Of a stretch of 64,000 bases of DNA, positions 25,100 to 37,604 are shown in pieces. The notes beneath the pieces were generated by a model. It was given only the letters and a program-made list of their open reading frames with translations, made no database searches and was not told where the DNA came from. The DNA comes from Eledone cirrhosa (Eukaryota). Location of the stretch: positions 10,230,001-10,294,000 of the forward strand of contig OZ024764.1 in the NCBI GenBank assembly GCA_964016885.1, read 5' to 3'. The position numbers were made by a program, and so were the translations under genes. Numbering within the stretch: the first letter of the stretch is position 1; every line of letters begins with the position of its first letter.

Positions 25100-26700
25100 T
25101 AAAAGTGTTACTACTGTAATATAAAGTAGAAATCCTTTAATTAAACAAAGCTACAATGCAGCGATTATCAAAACAAACTTGAAAATGTAAACAAACTTCT
25201 CGTAGCTGCTCCCAGATACACGACAACCTGTGTAGGCGAAGTGTAACTGGGAGTTTGGTCTGTATTATATACTAATTGGCCCGTATTATATTCAAATTGC
25301 CCCCTGTGGGGCTTGCACCCCTCGTTGAGAATCCCTGATATATAAATATACATAAGTGTGTTGTTATGACTGCTATTTCTAGCAGGTTTCTGGCTGTCCT
25401 GTAGACGCACAATAAAAACCGGAAGTGGCAGCCATTAAAAAACTTTGGCTTAAAATCAGCCAAAAGATTTTCAATAATAGTAAAATTTTATTTTTGACAA
25501 GGACGATAACTTTTGTCTTACTTAATCGCAAAAATCGAGGCAAAAATTTTGCGGGTGTGCAGTTTACACGCTAAAATAAACCTGCTAGAAATAGCAGTCA
25601 TAGCAACTCACTTACATATATTTATATATCATATATATATATATATATGATATATATCGACACTTTAGAAATAGCAGCGAATAACAGAAAGAAGGACACA
25701 CACACACACATATGTATATATATATACACACACACACACACATATATATATATACATATATATATATGCCCCGGCATGGCCTTGGTCGATCGTCTAACTA
25801 AGGCCAATAATAAAATACTTCAAAATAAATTAAACACCCCTAAATCCGGGGTTACAACTTGGATTACTTAAAAGTCAGTAAAGCTGTAAAGATTCTATAT
25901 TGTAAATAGGTGGTCGCAGGTTCGAATCCAGGCAAATCCTGAGAAAAATAACAAAAAGAAGGACAATGTAGAAATAGCAGCCATAGACGAGAGGAGCACA
26001 CACACACATACACACACATATATACACACACATGTATATATATATATGTGTGTGTGTGTGTTTGGCTGCTATATATATATATAGCGGCCAAACACACACA
26101 CACACATATATATAGACACACGCACACACACGTACATATATAAGTGTGTGTGTTTGGCTGATATATATATATATATATATATGATATATAAATATATGTG
26201 AGTTGCTATGACTGCTATTTCTAGCAGGTTTATTTTAGCGTGTAAACTGCACACCCGAAAAATTTTTGCCTCGATTTTTGCGATTAAGTAAGACAAAAGT
26301 TATCGTCCTTGTCAAAAATAAAATTTTACTATTATTGAAAATCTTTTGGCTGATTTTAAGCCAAAGTTTTTTAATGGCTGCCACTTCCGGTTTTTGTTGT
26401 GCGTCTACAGGACAGCCAGAAAGCTGCTAGAAATAGCAGTCATAACAACACACTTATGTATATTTATATATCAGCGATTCTTAACGAAGGGTGCACGCAC
26501 CACAGGGGGCAATTTATATATAATAGGGGCCAATTAGAATATAATAGAGACCAAACTCCCAGTTACACTTCGCCTACACATGTTATCGTGTATCTGGCAG
26601 CACTTACGAGAAGTTTGTTTACATTTTGATCATCGCTGCATCTATTTTATATTACAGTAATAACGCTTTTACAAGACTCATCTTGTTTTTATATTAAAGA
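25100..26700. mobile_element. Fold-back element with about 550-bp inverted arms; homolog at 43650-45330
   Basis: About 25100-25640 is the reverse complement of about 26170-26700 (ORFs 25272- and 26346+ are near-identical). A nested 250-bp module is bounded by ATGACTGCTATTTCTAGCAGGTTT inverted repeats. Confidence 0.7.
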
Positions 26701-26824
26701 GGAACATAAACGTATTTTAGATGTTGAGGTCGGGCATGTAGCAGAAAGGGTTGGGAACCACTGATATATATTTATTTATTTATGTCCATTCTGCTGTTTT
26801 TATTTCCTTCTCTGGGATTCTAGC

Positions 26825-26867
<43 letters not shown>

Positions 26868-27689
26868 TATGGCATTCAATGTCACTTGACCCAAACTCGA
26901 AAAAGCCGTCGCTGATCGTTGGGGTTATAATTAAACTAAAGTGCTTCCACTGGGCACCATAAGGTGATTATGATCGTCGGCGGCTGTTTACTGCATTGAG
27001 AGAGCCTAAGTCTAAAAGATATATATATATATATATAGCTGTCGAAACGGCCGGAGCTCAGCCGTCGGGGTCCAGAATATTTTCATATATATATATGTGT
27101 GTGTGTGTATTCTGCGACATTTGTATTTATAAATATATAAATAAGTATGTAATTATTTGAATAATAAAATCTGAGGTTTAAATATTTTATTTATTACCAA
27201 TAACATTAAGAAAGGCATGAACAACACCACACCTTTTACTTCAATTTTGAAAGTAGGTTTATAAATATTAAATTTCATTGAACATTTGTAGCTGCTATGG
27301 TGGCTTGGTGGGAAATACCAGTAGCACTGGATATCCTGGTATATGGTTCAATCCTGGTTGGGAAAAACTCACATATTAGACTTATTCAATATTTTTTCTT
27401 TTCATTTCTAGAGATAAATACATGTACATAAAGTAAATTGGTAGAGTCGTTAGAACATCAGATAGAATTCTTTGTAGTATTTTTTCCACTTCTCTGCACT
27501 GAGTCCAAATCCCGCTGAGTTCAAATTTACTTTTCATCCATTCAGGGTTGATAACAAAGTACCATTCACGTACTAGGGTCAATTCTTCATTTTTAACTCT
27601 TTCTCACTCTCTATCCTTCTCTGGAAGAAATCTGATTTATTCAGACCTGGAGAGGAGATGTGCTCTGCCAGGTTTTATAATGAGTATGT

Positions 27690-30600
27690 GTCTTAAGTGG
27701 CTCTGTGTCTTACTGAGGTCTGTACCCTAGGTGGCTCTGTGTCTTACTAAGGTCTGTGCCCTAGTTGGCTGGGTGTCCTAAGTGGCTCTGTGTCTTACTG
27801 AGGTCTGTGCTCTAGTTGGCTGGGTGTCCTAAGTGGCTCTGTGTCTCTCTGAGGTCTGTGCCCAAGTTGGCTGGGTGTCTCTCTGAGGTCTGTACCCTAG
27901 GTAGCTCTGTGTCTTACTGCGGTCTGTGCCCTAGTTGGCTGAGTGTCCTAAGTGGCTCTGTGTCTCACTGAGGTCTGTGCCCAAGTTGGCTGGGTGTCTC
28001 TCTGAGGTCTGTACCCTAGTTGGCTGGGTGTCCTAAGTGGCTCTGTGCCCAAGATGGCTGGGTGTCTCTGTGAGGTCTGTACCCTAGGTGGCTCTGTGTC
28101 TCTCTTAAGTCTGTGCCCAAGTTGGCTGGGTGTCTCTCTGTGGTCTGTACCCTAGGTAGCTCGGTGTCTTACTGAGGTCTGTGCCCTAGTTGGCTGGGTG
28201 TCCTAAGTGGCTCTGTGTCTCACGGAGGTCTGTGCCCAAGTTGGCTGGGTGTCTCTCTGAGGTCTGTACCCTAGTTGGCTGGGTGTCTCTCTGAGGTCTG
28301 TACCCTAGGTAGCTCTGTGTCCTAGTTGGCTGGGTGTCTCTCTAAGGTATGTGTCCTAAGTGGCTCTGTGCCCTAGTTGCCTGGGTGTCTCACTGACGTC
28401 TGTACCCTAGGTTGCTCTGTGTCTCTGAGATCTGCATTATAGGTGGCTGGGTGTCTTTATGAGGTCTGTGCTCTATGAGGCTCTGTGTTTCACTAAGGTC
28501 TGTACTCTAGGTGGCTGGGTGACTCTCTAAGGTCTGTACCTGAGGTGGCTCTGTGTCTCTCTAAGGACTGTACCCTAGCTGGCTCTGTGTCTCACTGTAC
28601 CCTAGGTGGCTCTGTGTCTCTCTAAGGTCTGTACCCTAGGTGGCTGGGTGTTTCTCTAAGGTCTGTACCCCAGGTGGCTCTGTGTCTCACTGAGGTCTGT
28701 ACCCTAGGTGGCTCTGTGTCTCTCTAAGGTCTGTACCCTAGGTGGCTCTGTGTCTCTCTGAGGTCTGTACCCTAGGTGGCTCTGTGTGTCTCTCTAAGGT
28801 CTGTACCTAGGTGGCTCTGTGTCTCTCTAAGGTCTGTACCCTAGCTGGCTCTGTGTCTCTATGAGGTCTGTACCCTAGGTGGCTCTGTGTCTCTCTGAGG
28901 TCTGTACCCTAGGTGGCTCTGTGTCTCTCTGAGGTCTGTACCCTAGGTGGCTCTGTGTCTCTCTGAGGTCTGTACCCTAGGTGGCTCTGTGTCTCTCTAA
29001 GGTCTGTACCCTAGGTGGCTGGGTGTCTCTCTAAGGTCTGTACCCTAGGTGGCTCTGTGTCTCTCTAAGGTCTGTACCCTAGGTGTCTCTGTGTCTCTCT
29101 AAGGTCTGTACCCTAAGTGGCTGGGTGTCTCTCTGAGGTGTGTACGCTAGGTGGCTCTGTGTCTCACTGAGGTCTGTACCCTAGGTGGCTCTGTGTCTCT
29201 CTCAGGTCTGTACCCTAGGTGGCTCTGTGTCTCTCTAAGGTCTGTACCCTAGCTGGCTCTGTGTCTCTCTGAGGTCTGTACCCTAGGTGGCTCTTTGTCT
29301 CTCTCAGGTCTGTACCCCAGGTGGCTCTGTGTCTCTCTCAGGTCTGTACCCTAGGTGGCTCTTTGTCTCTCTCAGGTCTGTACCCTAGGTGGCTCTGTGT
29401 CTCTCTCAGGTCTGTACCCTAGGTGGCTCTTTGTCTCTCTCAGGTCTGTACCCTAGGTGGCTCTCTGTCTCTCTCAGGTCTGTACCCTAGGTGTCTCTGT
29501 GTCTCTCTAAGGTCTGTACCCTAAGTGGCTGGGTGTCTCTCTGAGGTGTGTACGCTAGGTGGCTCTGTGTCTCACTGAGGTCTGTACCCTAGGTGGCTCT
29601 GTGTCTCTCTCAGGTCTGTACCCTAGGTGGCTCTGTGTCTCTCTAAGGTCTGTACCCTAGCTGGCTCTGTGTCTCTCTGAGGTCTGTACCCTAGGTGGCT
29701 CTTTGTCTCTCTCAGGTCTGTACCCTAGGTGGCTCTGTGTCTCTCTCAGGTCTGTACCCTAGGTGGCTCTTTGTCTCTCTCAGGTCTGTACCCTAGGTGG
29801 CTCTGTGTCTCTCTCAGGTCTGTACCCTAGGTGGCTCTTTGTCTCTCTCAGGTCTGTACCCTAGGTGGCTCTGTGTCTCTCTGAGGTCTGTACCCTAGAA
29901 GTCTCTGTGTCTCTCTGAGGTCTGTACCCTAGGTGGCTCTGTGTCTCTCTGAGGTCTGTACCCTAGGTGGCTCTGTGTCTCTCTCAGGTCTGTACCCTAG
30001 GTGGCCCTGTGTCTCTCTCAGGTCTGTACCCTAGGTGGCTCTGTGTCTCTCTCAAGTCTGTACCCTAGGTGGCTCTGTGTCTCTCTGAGGTGTGTACCCT
30101 AAGTGGCTCTGTGTCTCTCTCAGGTCTGTACCCTAGGTGGCTCTGTGTCTCTCTGAGATCTGTACCCTAGGTGGCTCTGTGTCTCTCTAAGGTCTGTATC
30201 CTAGGTGGCTCTGTGTCTCTCTCAGGTCTGTACCCTAGGTGGCTCTGTGTCTCTCTCAGGTCTGTACCCTAGGTGGCTCTGTGTCTCTCTCAGGTCTGTA
30301 CCCTAGCTGGCTCTGTGTCTCTCTCAGGTCTGTACCCTAGGTGGCTCTGTGTCTCTCTCAGGTCTGTACCCTAGGTATCTCTGTGTCTCTCTCAGGTCTG
30401 TACCCTAGGTGGCTCTGTGTCTCTCTCAGGTCTGTACCCTAGGTGGCCCTGTGTCTCTCTCAGGTCTGTACCCTAGGTGGCTCTGTGTCTCTCTCAGGTC
30501 TGTACCCTAGGTGGCTCTGTGTCTCTTTCAGGTCTGTACCCTAGGTGGCTCTGTGTCTCTCTGAGGTCTGTACCCTAGGTGGCTCTGTGTCTCTCTAAGG

Positions 30601-31842
30601 TCTGTATCCTAGGTGGCTCTGTGTCTCTCTCAGGTCTGTACCCTAGGTGGCTCTGTGTCTCTCTGAGGTCTGTACCCTAGGTGGCTCTGTGTCTCTCTCA
30701 GGTCTGTACCCTAGGTGGCCTTGTGTCTCTCTCAGGTCTGTACCATAGGTGGCTCTGTGTCTCTCTCAGGTGTGTACCCTAGGTGGCTCTGTGTCTCTCT
30801 GAGGTCTGTACCCTAGGTGGCTCTGTGTCTCTCTGAGGTCTGTACCCTAGCTGGTTCTGTGTCTCTCTCAGGTCTGTACCCTAGCTGGTTCTGTGTCTCT
30901 CTAAGGTCTGTACCCTAAGTGGCTGGGTGTCTCTCTCAGGTCTGTACCCTAGGTGGCTCTGTGTCTCTCTCAGGTCTGTACCCTAGGTGGCTCTGTGTCT
31001 CTCTAAGGTCTGTATCCTAGGTGGCTCTGTGTCTCTCTGAGGTGTGTACCCTAGGTGGCTCTGTGTCTCTCTCAGGTCTGTACCCTAGGTGGCTCTGTGT
31101 CTCTCTGAGGTCTGTACCCTAGGTGGCTCTGTGTCTCTCTCAGGTCTGTACCCTAGGTGGCTCTGTGTCTCTCTCAGGTGTGTACCCTAGGTGGCTCTGT
31201 GTCTCTCTCAGGTCTGTACCCTAGGTGGCCCTGTGTCTCTCTGAGCTCTGTACCCTGGGTGGCTCTGTGTCTCTCTGAGGTCTGTACCCTAGGTGGCTCT
31301 GTGTCTCTCTGAGGTGTGTACCCTAGGTGGCTCTGTGTCTCTCTCAGGTCTGTACCCTAGGTGGCTCTGTGTCTCTCTGAGGTCTGTACCCTAGGTGGCT
31401 CTGTGTCTCTCTCAGGTCTGTACCCTAGGTGGCTCTGTGTCTCTCTCAGGTCTGTACCCTAGGTGGCTCTGTGTCTCTCTCAGGTCTGTACCCTAGGTGG
31501 CTCTGTGTCTCTCTCAGGTCTGTACCCTAGCTGGTTCTGTGTCTCTCTAAGGTCTGTACCCTAAGTGGCTGGGTGTCTCTCTCAGGTCTGTACCCTAGGT
31601 GGCTCTGTGTCTCTCTCAGGTCTGTACCCTAGGTGGCTCTGTGTCTCTCTAAGGTCTGTATCCTAGGTGGCTCTGTGTCTCTCTGAGGTGTGTACCCTAG
31701 GTGGCTCTGTGTCTCTCTGAGGTCTGTACCCTAGGTGGCTCTGTGTCTCTCTCAGGTCTGTACCCTAGGTGGCTCTGTGTCTCTCTGAGGTCTGTACCCT
31801 AGCTGGTTCTGTGTCTCTCTCAGGTGTGTACCCTAGGTGGTT
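27690..31842. repeat. 34-bp satellite (GGTCTGTACCCTAGGTGGCTCTGTGTCTCTCTCA), about 120 units
   Basis: Tandem units, more degenerate at the left edge. Confidence 0.95.
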
Positions 31843-32117
31843 GCCAAGCTGGACTTAATGGTGGCTCCAGTCCCTGTGTAAAATATATAAAACACAATAT
31901 ATATAATATATATGTAAACATAATGTATATATAGCATGATGTATATAATATGATATGTAATGTATATATAATTTAATATATAATGGCTATATAAGACAAT
32001 ATATAATGTATATATGAGACATTTATATATAACACAATAGATATAATGTACATATAACATACTATATATAATGCAGGATATATAAATTGTATATATATAA
32101 CAATACATATACATATA

Positions 32118-32180
32118 TATTCTGACGAACGATTTCAGAAGTCTGTGTCGTCCTCGTCTTTGTGAAACCTTTGGTAAATG
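32118..32180 (+). ncRNA. Type I hammerhead motif (weak stems I and II)
   Basis: TATT-CTGACGA-ACG..TGT-GAAA-CC-TTT-GG-T-A-AATG; paralog at 53752. Confidence 0.55.
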
Positions 32181-32226
32181 GAATAATTGTCTTATGTTGT
32201 ATATATAATTAAATTAAAAATCGATT

Positions 32227-32269
<43 letters not shown>

Positions 32270-32469
32270 AACACATCAAACAATTACGGGGGATAATTTG
32301 TAAAGAGTGTAAACACACATAGTTACGTAGGTAACACATTAAAATTTAACGAGAACCTCAAATATAAATACCTTGCAATAATGATTAATCTCCTTTGTAA
32401 ATACTTCATTAAAGAAATATATTTCACCATTAATCGGCAAATCACAGATGTTAAATCTTGGATAATCCA

Positions 32470-33860
32470 CAAAGGAGGCATCTACCAAACTCTGAACACC
32501 TTGCTACCCTGGACATGGATACATTGAAGCTCTGATGTCTGGCAACTGACTTGGTAAACACCCACAAAATTATTAACCATCTAGCCAACAACAACCCTGA
32601 ACAACTTTTTGATTCCCATGTGTCTAACACACGCGGGCATGCCTACAAATTCAGAAAACAGCACAGCTACCATGACTTTCAGAAACATTTTTTCACACCC
32701 AGAGTTGCTGAAGCATGGAACAAACTACCTGCATCAGTTGTTCGCTGACGAGACACTGCATCTTTTAAAACTTCCTTGGAACAAACTCCCTGCATCAGTT
32801 GTTAGCTGTCAAGATACTGCAACCTTTACAACCTCCATGGAACAAACTACCTGCATCAGTTGTTAGCTGTTCAGACACTGCATCCTTTAAAACCTCCATG
32901 GAACAAACTACCTGCATCAGTTGTTTGCTGTCGAGACACTGCATCCTTTAAAACCTCCATGGAACAAACTCCCTGCATCAGTTGTTTGCTCTCGAGACAC
33001 TGCATCCTTTAAAACCTCCATGGAACAAACTACCTGCATCAGTTGTTAGCTGTTCAGACACTACATCCTTTAAAACCTCCATGGAACAAACTACCTGCAT
33101 CAGTTGTTTGCTGTCGAGACACTGCATCCTTTAAAACCTCCATGGAACAAACTCCCTGCATCAGTTGTTTGCTCTCGAGACACTGCATCCTTTAAAACCT
33201 CCATGGAACAAACTCCCTGCATCAGTTGTTAGCTGTTCAGACACTGCATCCTTTAAAACCTCCACAGAACAAACTCCCTGCATCAGTTGTTAGCTGTCGA
33301 GACACTGCATCTTTTAAAACCTCCATGGAACAAACTACCTGCATCAGTTGTTAGCTGTCGAGACACTGCATCCTTTAAAACCTCCATGGAACAAACTACC
33401 TGCATCAGTTGTTAGCAGTCGAGACACTGCATTCTTTAAAACCTCCATGGAACAAACTACCTGCATCAGTTGTTAGCAGTCGAGACACTGCATCCTTTAA
33501 AACCTCCATGGAACAAACTACCTGCATCAGTTGTTAGCTGCCGAGACACTGCATCTTTTAAAATTTCCATGTAACAAACTACCTGCATCAGTTGTTAGCT
33601 GTTGAGACACTGCATCCTTTAAAACCTCCATGGAACAAACTACCTGCATCAGTTGTTAGCTGCCGAGACACTGCATCTTTTAAAATTTCCATGCTTCCTG
33701 AAATTTACCAACACTACACCTAATATTCCCCCTCCATTCACACACACACATGCATATCATGACTCATACACTGTTCACTTTCCTGACATTTGTACTTTAT
33801 TCTAAGTACTATACATGCACCTTTGATGAGTTGTAGTGCACCTGAGCACTGTACACAATA
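32470..33860 (+). mobile_element. CR1/L2-group LINE 3' fragment with a 61-bp tandem array (about 16 units, 32715-33692)
   Basis: TRGHAYKFRKQHS..KHFFTPRVAEAWNKLPASVV is the typical CR1-group ORF2 C-terminus; the WNKLP...FKTS-coding 61 bp is repeated in tandem. Confidence 0.85.
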
Positions 33861-34729
33861 TTATTATTATTCACTATCTGTGATTACAGACTAAAAGCAA
33901 ATCTGGAAATGATAGAGGGTATGGCAATGTTTCTAATATTCTCAGACAAAACATCCTTGATTTATTTTTGGTTATATATATATATATTAATTGTAACGAG
34001 CCAGACAAATAGAATTCATACAATATCATCATCGTTTAACATATGTCTTCCATGCTAGCATGGGTTGGACGGGAATTGTCTCATTTGAGGCAAGATTGAT
34101 CGGGTGACCGTGTCTCACTATATCTGGCAGGTTTTCTATGGATGGATGCCCTTCCTAACACCAACCACACTTCCATTGTGGACTGGGAGTCTTTTTACTG
34201 TGTCTCTTACATGACCACTTTACAGCATGGACTGGGTGCTTTTTGTCGTGCCACCTACATGACCACTTTACAGTGTGGGCTGGGTGCTTTTTGTCGTGTC
34301 GCCCACATGACCACTTTACAGTGTGGATTGGGTGCCTTTAATTGTGATACCTACATGACCACTTTACAGCGTGGAATAGATGCTTTTTGCTGTGACACCT
34401 ACATGACCACTTTACAGTGTGGGCTGGGTGCTTTTTGTCAGGTCACCCACATGACCACTTTACAGTGTGGATTGGGTGACACCTACATGACCACTTTACT
34501 GTGGACTGGGTGTTTTTTTGTCATGACACCTACATAACTACTTTACAGTGTGGACTGGGTGCTTTTTGTTGTGTCACCTACATAACCACTTTACAGTGTG
34601 GACTGGGTGCTTTGTGTTGTCACTTACACAACCTCTTTAGTTTGGAATAAAGTGGTTGTGTAGGTGCAATAAGGATTAATCTACTTTGTATATATTCCAT
34701 TGAAGAAATATATTTCACCGCTGTTGCCC

Positions 34730-36870
34730 CCAAACAGCTGAGCAAAGTGTCGCTGAAAAGCCGCTGTCAACGCCCGCTTAACTAATTCACTAATCCGGTC
34801 TCTGTAAGCTTTGCGCGTTGTTAATGACATGTTTATCTTTCAGTAGCCGAGCCCCTGTCTATGAAGCCTATCTAAGTCAACCACACAGATCACGAATTAG
34901 TGGTCCGTGTAGTCGACTATCTTCAAATGTGGACAGCCTATGTTAGCCCTATCTATTTACCTAAAAAATACCCTATCTAGATATGATCTGGATGACTTGA
35001 TGCAGTTTGTCCAAGTCCACATTGGCACATTCGGGAAATCCAACCAGTACCTGTCAGACAGTTGGAAACGTCTGAGCAGGTTTGCGAGGCTTTACACCCT
35101 CTTCCCCTATCCGCTAATCCCATACAGTGCCAGCGTGTATCTAAGGTCCCGTTCCAGTTGCCCACTAACACTAAAGAGCGGGACGTTCCAAGAAAGGTCT
35201 CCAGACGCCGGAAGAAGTCAGGCTGTCCTGCTCCTGTTGGGGCATAGACGGCCACTAGCCTGAAAGCTTGCCCTTCTCTGCTGGTCACGTCTAGCACCAC
35301 CAACTTACCTTCTGGGTCCAAGACTTCTCCGGAATAATACACCCCTCTCACCCCTGATCCGGGACGGCTTGCAGATGTGCACACCTTGTAGCCGCCGAAA
35401 AGGGGTGTGAATGCCTGTGCCTCGGAGATTCTGGTCTTGCTGATGGCCACCACATCTATGTTTAGCGACCTGGGATCATTTAGCAGGTGGCCCTGCTTCC
35501 AAGACGACCTCAGACCACGTGCATTTATGCTACCTATCCTGAGAGAAGCCATGTTGGCTAGGATAGGAGGAAAACAAGTGAGAGGGGAAAAGTAAAAACA
35601 ATTTACCTATGGCTCTTTTTTAGGAAGGGGGTGGGTAATCCATCCCTCCGACCAGTGGCTGGTTTCTCCATGAGAATGTCTGTGAATATTCTTTTAGTGA
35701 TGGTCCCTCTGTAGTCTCCAATTGATGTGGGGAACATTTTTTTTAATGTCATGTAATTTTTTGGGATAATTTCTATTATTTTTATGTGTGTGGGGTGTAA
35801 TTTTGGTGGTCTGTACGTAGTTTGTTTCTGTGGTGTTGAATGTAATTTAAAAGCTTTGTGTTGTCTGTGTCTATGGCTGTGTATTGTGTCTGTTGTTGAG
35901 GTGTTGGTGCTTTCTGTGTTTGCTGTGGTGTTGTTGGAGGTGATGATGGGGTAGATGCTAATGGTGGAGTTGGTGGTGGTGTGACTGTTGATGGTGATGT
36001 AGGTGGGGTCGTTTTCATTTTCTTATTTTGGTTTCTTGCTTCGTCTTTTTTTCGAGGGCGAAGGTAGGGAGTTTTTCCTTTTTTTTTTGTTGCGATGGTT
36101 TTCCATTCTTCAGCCTCATCGCACTCCTTGTCTGATTTAGCAATATGGGGAAGGGGCATGCTCTCCATTGCTTCTGTTGGTGGTGGAATAGATGGTGTTT
36201 TTGTTGTTGGGGATAGTGATTTTTCTTCTGCCACTGTGGACTTGGTTGGTTTGTCCACTCCAGTCGCGGGACATGGTGTAGGGTGAATGGAGGAGCGCGT
36301 GTACGTTTTGGTGAGTTTGGGGCAGAAGGCCTTAAGGTGGGTCTTGTCACCGCATCTATGACACCTTGGGAGCCTACCTTCGACAGTCACAGGTAGATGG
36401 CGGCAGTCGTCCAGGTCAATTACATCAGGGACGGCCTCGATGCTCTCATGGGTTGCTTGGATGATTAGCTCCATCCCCGACCCTGTCCAATTCTTCTGTC
36501 TTATTCACATGACGTCGAGGATAGTTCTTGAATCCTCGACATCAGCGAGGACGGCCACCATCAACCCCGCGATCTCCACTGAGGGCGGAACCTGGGTTAC
36601 TCGAACCCTCACGACTCTCTGCCCGCAGTATGTGGAGTGGTGCAATGGAGTGTGCTCTGGCTTCTTCTGGTGTAGCGAAGAGCACATCCACAGTGCCACA
36701 CCTTGATCCCCGGACTATGTATGTTTTCTGGGCCCAGACGGCACCCATAGCTCTTCGGACCTGCGACTCCGTTGCCCGTTCGACTCGACACGATTTTGTT
36801 CCGATTGTGCGGTAACTGACCGAACACAAAGGCTTGTTTTTTATTATATCAGCTGGGTGGGTGAGACTTA
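34730..36870 (-). mobile_element. Tx1/L1-clade LINE remnant: ORF1 (zinc knuckle) and the APE endonuclease start of ORF2
   Basis: ORF1 has CHRCGDKTHLKAFC (CCHC knuckle). ORF2 starts at 35552 with MASLRIGSINARGLR..LVAVYAPT..VLVGNWN. Frameshifted, no RT present. Confidence 0.85.
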
Positions 36871-36894
36871 CCCTGTGTCCGGTCTTTTTAATGG

Positions 36895-37220
36895 AGGCAT
36901 ATTAGTGGTTAGAGCATTGGCCTTGCAATCGAGAGGTTGTGAGTTCAATTCTCAGACCGGGTGATGTGTTGTTTCCTTGAGCAAGACACTTTATTTCACA
37001 TTGCTCCAGTTTACTCAGCTGTAGAATTGAGATGATAGGGACTGGGGTCCCTATCATTCCACTGCAAAGTGGTCGTGGAGGTGCCACAGTAAAAAAGCAC
37101 CCAGCACTCACTGTAAATGAGGTTGGTGTTAGGAAGGGCATCCAGCTGTAGAAATCAAGCCAGAATCAGTTCCCGTCCCACCCTTGCAAGCAGGGAAAAG
37201 CGGACGTAAAATGAAATGAT
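36895..37220 (+). mobile_element. tRNA-derived SINE with RTE-like tail
   Basis: Same family as 5977-6308; absent from the duplicated copy at about 58980. Confidence 0.8.
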
Positions 37221-37604
37221 GATCTTCGCTTGTTTTATTTCCTCGTTGGTGATGTGTACCCGCTCAACATTTTTTGTGGCTTTAGTGAACGATGTTGTTG
37301 TGGTCTGCCGTGCTGACTCATCGTTAGTCTTGCCTTTGTTGCTGTTGTTGTTGTTGTTGGTGGTCTTGTTAGCCTTTTTTCTTCTTCTGTGTTGCTGCTG
37401 TTAGTTGTTACTCCCATGGTTCTTTATGGCTGTTGTTGTTGAGGTGACGGTGGTGCCTGATCCTTCTAATGATGGAACATTTTTGTAATAGTTTGACATT
37501 GTGTTGCTGTTGTCACCACCACTGCCACTGCCACTGCTGTTGTTGTCACTGCCACTGTGGCTGCTGCTGTTTCTGTTATAATGTATAATATACATTATTA
37601 TATA

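Noticed and set aside
25865-25940. Possible tRNA gene (GGTTCGAATCC; copy at about 44280)
   Set aside because: No convincing acceptor or D stem; it is a degenerate tRNA-derived piece within a repeat.
26880-27020. Possible PSE/TATA U6-type snRNA gene starting GTGCTT
   Set aside because: The downstream sequence lacks the U6 ACAGAGA box and other snRNA hallmarks, and the TATA spacing is wrong.
27038-27075. GAAA-CGGCCG palindrome resembling a hammerhead 3' half (also 46678, 42130, 63750)
   Set aside because: No upstream CTGANGA and no U after the loop, so the core is incomplete.
37330-37595. Asn/Ser/Gln-rich ORFs (also 58950-59167)
   Set aside because: Low-complexity trinucleotide-like repeats between transposon fragments, with no splice or homology support.
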